A stretch of DNA of 63,407 nt, counting the filler. It is 15 parts of 15 records of this genome, joined end to end, with 100 filler letters (N's around TTAATTAATTAA, not from the genome) between each part and the next. Parts side by side here need not be neighbours in the genome. Positions count along the whole stretch, not along the records: positions 60,286 to 63,407 come from SRR7504441_102482; 14 more parts are not named here. One strand, written 5' to 3'. Positions 60,186-63,407 of this stretch are shown here, piece after piece. Made by a program: the position numbers and the translations under genes. Every line of letters starts with the position of its first letter. Position 1 is the stretch's first letter. The notes beneath the pieces are model-generated. The model searched no databases, was not told the origin of the DNA, and saw only the letters and a program-made list of their open reading frames with translations.

Positions 60186-60287
60186 NNNNNNNNNNNNNNN
60201 NNNNNNNNNNNNNNNNNNNNNNNNNNNNNTTAATTAATTAANNNNNNNNNNNNNNNNNNNNNNNNNNNNNNNNNNNNNNNNNNNNCT

Positions 60288-63200
60288 CCAAGAGCAGGCA
60301 CCCCTCTTTCATCTGGACAAGGGCCGCCATCTCCAAATCCGAAGCCGGGAGAGCGCGACATGTCGGAAGCCTGCAGAAAGCTGCCGCTGGATGACCTCCA
60401 GCTAGGCGAGCTGTCCGAGTTGCTCAATGGCCCAGCCGATCGTGATCCGGTCGATCCACCTGGCCCGTCACAGGTCCAGCCGAATGCAATGTGGATGAAC
60501 CCACGCTTGGGAATCAAGAGGGAGTGGCGCGCATGTGGACTGAATCCCGGATCGGGCGGCCACCAGTGCGCCGCTGGGACGGAAATCCTAGCCCCGCGCA
60601 CACTGGATGACGCCTGGGAAGGCTGTGCGCATCTGGCGCCCATGTCTGCGCCAGGGGCAAGTGGGAACTCGCTGTTTGCCCAGCCCTTAAATGCCGCGAA
60701 CGCTCAGTACTCTGCTGATGCAGACCCCCAGGCGCACATGCTAGCCATGTGCTCAGATGGAATGGCCACCATTTTCATCACCCCAGCACTAGCTCGGCTC
60801 ATGAGACACATTGCTGATGGGGATGAGCAGAGTGCCGACGCCGCTCTGGCCGCGCACTTCCGGGACACAATGCCACGCTTGGCATGTACCCCAGCGCCCG
60901 TGGATACGAGCCTTGTCCATGGACAATATGTCGTCAAGCTCTCTTTCCGAGCGATGAGTCCCCCCAAGTGCAGTTGGGTGTGCACACCCAGCAGTGTCCA
61001 GCATAACGACCAGTCACTGGGACTCAACCCAGCTACAAGGATTGCTGTTGCCACTACAGAGCGCAACAGCTGTCCACGATCTACCAGAGTGCAGGCGCTT
61101 TGGAGAGAGTATGGGAGTAAAAAGATTAGTAAGGCGAGAACTGATCACAGCGGCACCTCAACGAAGTGGGTTTATTGGAAGTGTCGGATGCACGGCTGCC
61201 CCGCCCGCATTGCAACGAGAATGGTTCGTGATACCAAAGAAATCAAGGAAGTGCGGGCGATATGTCCGCACCATAAGCACACGCCAGCACTCTGGGACGC
61301 ATTGCCAGACAGCAGTACTCAGGTGGACTCGGGGCCTGGAAACCGATCACAAGGCCCTCCGATCAGTAGACTCCCAGATCACGAGGAGCCGCGCGCCGAC
61401 ACCGTTACCAAGAAGCTGGAGGGAACTGATACACCTGACGCGTGTGGTGCCGAGGCCTGCGTCGACAAGCGCACAGTGCCCAGTGGGCTGATCAATAACT
61501 CTCTGCCAGAGCTGCCTGGACATGTAGACATCCCACTGCCGTCCGCACCGGAGCTGGCATTCCTGGAGCCTGCTGCCGGTCAAGCGGGAGCGGGGCCGCC
61601 TGACCAGAAGCCGGAACACGAGCTCGAGAATCTCGTCACCGAGCCGCCAATCGAGTTTCCGGTCAGTTTCCTTCAAACCCACTTTTCGAGGCACTGGCCC
61701 GAACAACAAACGCAAAGAGACCTGAACCGCACCGAGTTGTCACCCGCCTCCTCAGTGCCAACCGCTGTGTCAACAAGCGAGTCTGGAACGGCGGTGCGTG
61801 CTGGCGTGGCAGAGACCAAGAAGAGTCCAGGCAAGATGAACCTGGCAGAGCTCCGGCAGCTCCGCGACTACCATGCTTCGATCAACAGCTTTGCTGAGGC
61901 GGATGAGCTGCAGAAGAGAATCTGCAGTCTGGACCCAGAGGATGCAGAGTGTCCCGACTCGCCGATCTCCAGGCTGATCGGCCAGTGTGAGGAAGCTGTG
62001 AGCCAGATAGAGCTCCAAGACCTGTCAGACGGCCCGTGCACGGAAACCCTTGATGGTGGCCAATACACGTTCTGCTTTGAAGATTCGCCAGCGCCGGACC
62101 CGCACCTGCAGCCGCAAGAGTTCCCACCCCATGCCGTGCTGCTGCTCTCTGACCTCCATGTCGACAGCCACTCGCACGGCAGCACGTCCAACATGGAGTT
62201 GGCACTGGCACTGCTCGACGACGGTCAAGACCACTCGACCCACACGCTGCTGCTGCTCGGGGATGTGTGCAACATCAATGCCTCGCAGCTCGCAGCGTGC
62301 CAAGCGGCGGACTTTGCCCTGCCCGAGCAGTTTGAGCAGATCTTGCGCACCGCGGTGGCCCAGTTTGCCCGGGTGGTCTTTGTGGCTGGCAACCACGAGC
62401 TCGGGTCCCTGGCAGCCACCTGCCACGCCGACGAGCCGCCCCAGTTCGACTTTGTCCGGGCACTCGAGGTGCTGTACGACAAGTGCCAATCGCTCGGAGT
62501 GATCACCCAGACGGTCGAGATTGAGGGAAATGTGCGGATCGTGCCCATGCAGAGCTGGTTTGAGCGCGACTTTGGAGGCAGCAAGCCGAGCCAGACGTGC
62601 ACCGACGTGACCACTGCCATGCTGGCGCTCAACCCTGCCGACCTGGCGCTCACCGCTGCGGCACCCAGCGCTGTGATCACCTGCTCCCACTTTCTGCCGC
62701 GCACCATGCTGTTTGATTCGTCCAAGCTTGCCAAGAGTGGGAGCAAGAAATCATACAGCAGCCTGATGCGGTTCATGGGGACCACCCGACTGGACCAGCA
62801 GATCCAGCAGCTGGGCTCGACGGTCCACTGCTACGGGCACTCGCACCAGAACCTTGACTTGATGGTGGAGGGTGTGCGCTATGTGCAGAATTGCGTGGGC
62901 ATGCCCCAGGAGCGCAAAGCGAGGGCGGACGGGTTCGGGCTCAAGCAAGTGTGGCCTCCTGAGGTGGATCCAGGGGAAGCCTCGCCAAGCCCACCAGCCC
63001 CCGGATGCCTTGCCAAGCCCGAAAACCCGGCGCGCACTGGACCGCAGTCTGACCGGGCGCCGGGGTCTCTGATGGGTCCAGACCAGGCCCAAAGCATGGA
63101 TGGCTACAGCGCCCCTCCGGCCTCCTCCAGTGAGGAACCAAAGCCGAGCTTTCAGGTGCGCTCTGTGCCTGGAAACCGATCACAAGACAGTGGGACTCCG

Positions 63201-63407
63201 ACCAGCGGGCTCCGCGATCACGAGGAGCAGCGCACTGACGCAGTTATCAAGAAGCTGGATGGAAACGATACACCTGAGGGTTGTGATACCAAAGCCCCCG
63301 TTGACAAGCGCACAGTGCCCAGTGGGTTGATCAATAACTCACTGCAAGAGCTGCCTCAAGGAGCAGGCATCCTGTCATCATCTGCACGAGAGCTACCATG
63401 TCCAGCT
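60288..63407 (+). CDS. WRKY-type zinc finger + calcineurin-like metallophosphoesterase protein (open at both ends; absent from ORF track)
   Basis: Hand translation gives ~1040 codons with no stop. WREYGSK...YWKCRMHGCPAR...HKH at 61101-61280; SDLH, GDV, GNHE, SHFLP and YGHSH at ~62148-62850. Confidence 0.85.
61318..63357 (+). repeat. Diverged ~200-bp coding direct repeats (~61318-61520 and ~63150-63357) flanking the phosphoesterase domain
   Basis: Both copies encode Q.....GNRSQ...DHEE...KKL.G.DTP..C.....VDKRTVPSGLINNSL.ELP. Confidence 0.9.

Noticed and set aside
63100-63330. Cys-containing ORF (FRCALC...) repeated near 61320-61491
   Set aside because: It is an off-frame reading of the duplicated linker in the long WRKY-MPP ORF.
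1-63407. Operon, defence island, rRNA/tRNA or transposase
   Set aside because: The window consists of unlinked eukaryotic contigs; no RNA gene, CRISPR array or transposase catalytic motif was recognised by eye.

Overview
This window is not one locus. It is 15 short contigs of a GC-rich eukaryotic genome joined by artificial 100-nt spacers (N-runs around TTAATTAATTAA). The organism is a flagellated protist (CFAP57 present); its lineage cannot be determined from the sequence. Genes are densely packed, often head-to-head, and many are broken by tiny (~35-50 nt) spliceosomal introns, several with GC donors, so the ORF track fragments most of them. Recognisable genes: MTHFR, PEX4-type E2, mitochondrial uS5, NDUFB10, CFAP57, GH59 galactosylceramidase, a GH123/DUF4091-like glycosidase, GST, an ABCG membrane domain, a TBC RabGAP, a DH-PH RhoGEF, an Asp/Asn beta-hydroxylase, a TLC protein, a DDT/PHD chromatin protein, and EF-hand, ankyrin and pentapeptide-repeat proteins. 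The most unusual items are: (1) a dCache sensor fused to a two-pore channel with charge-poor S4 segments; (2) a >1000-codon ORF missing from the ORF track that joins a WRKY-type Zn finger to a metallophosphoesterase; (3) MTHFR with an N-terminal EF-hand pair and no SAM-binding regulatory domain; (4) a UBA-ankyrin-WWE protein carrying a lone dynein microtubule-binding domain; (5) a 566-bp intragenic inversion that restores the reading frame when flipped; (6) an identical 30-mer (PVGRAAPNDE) heading two unrelated gene fragments. All family calls come from motif recognition by eye; no searches were run.
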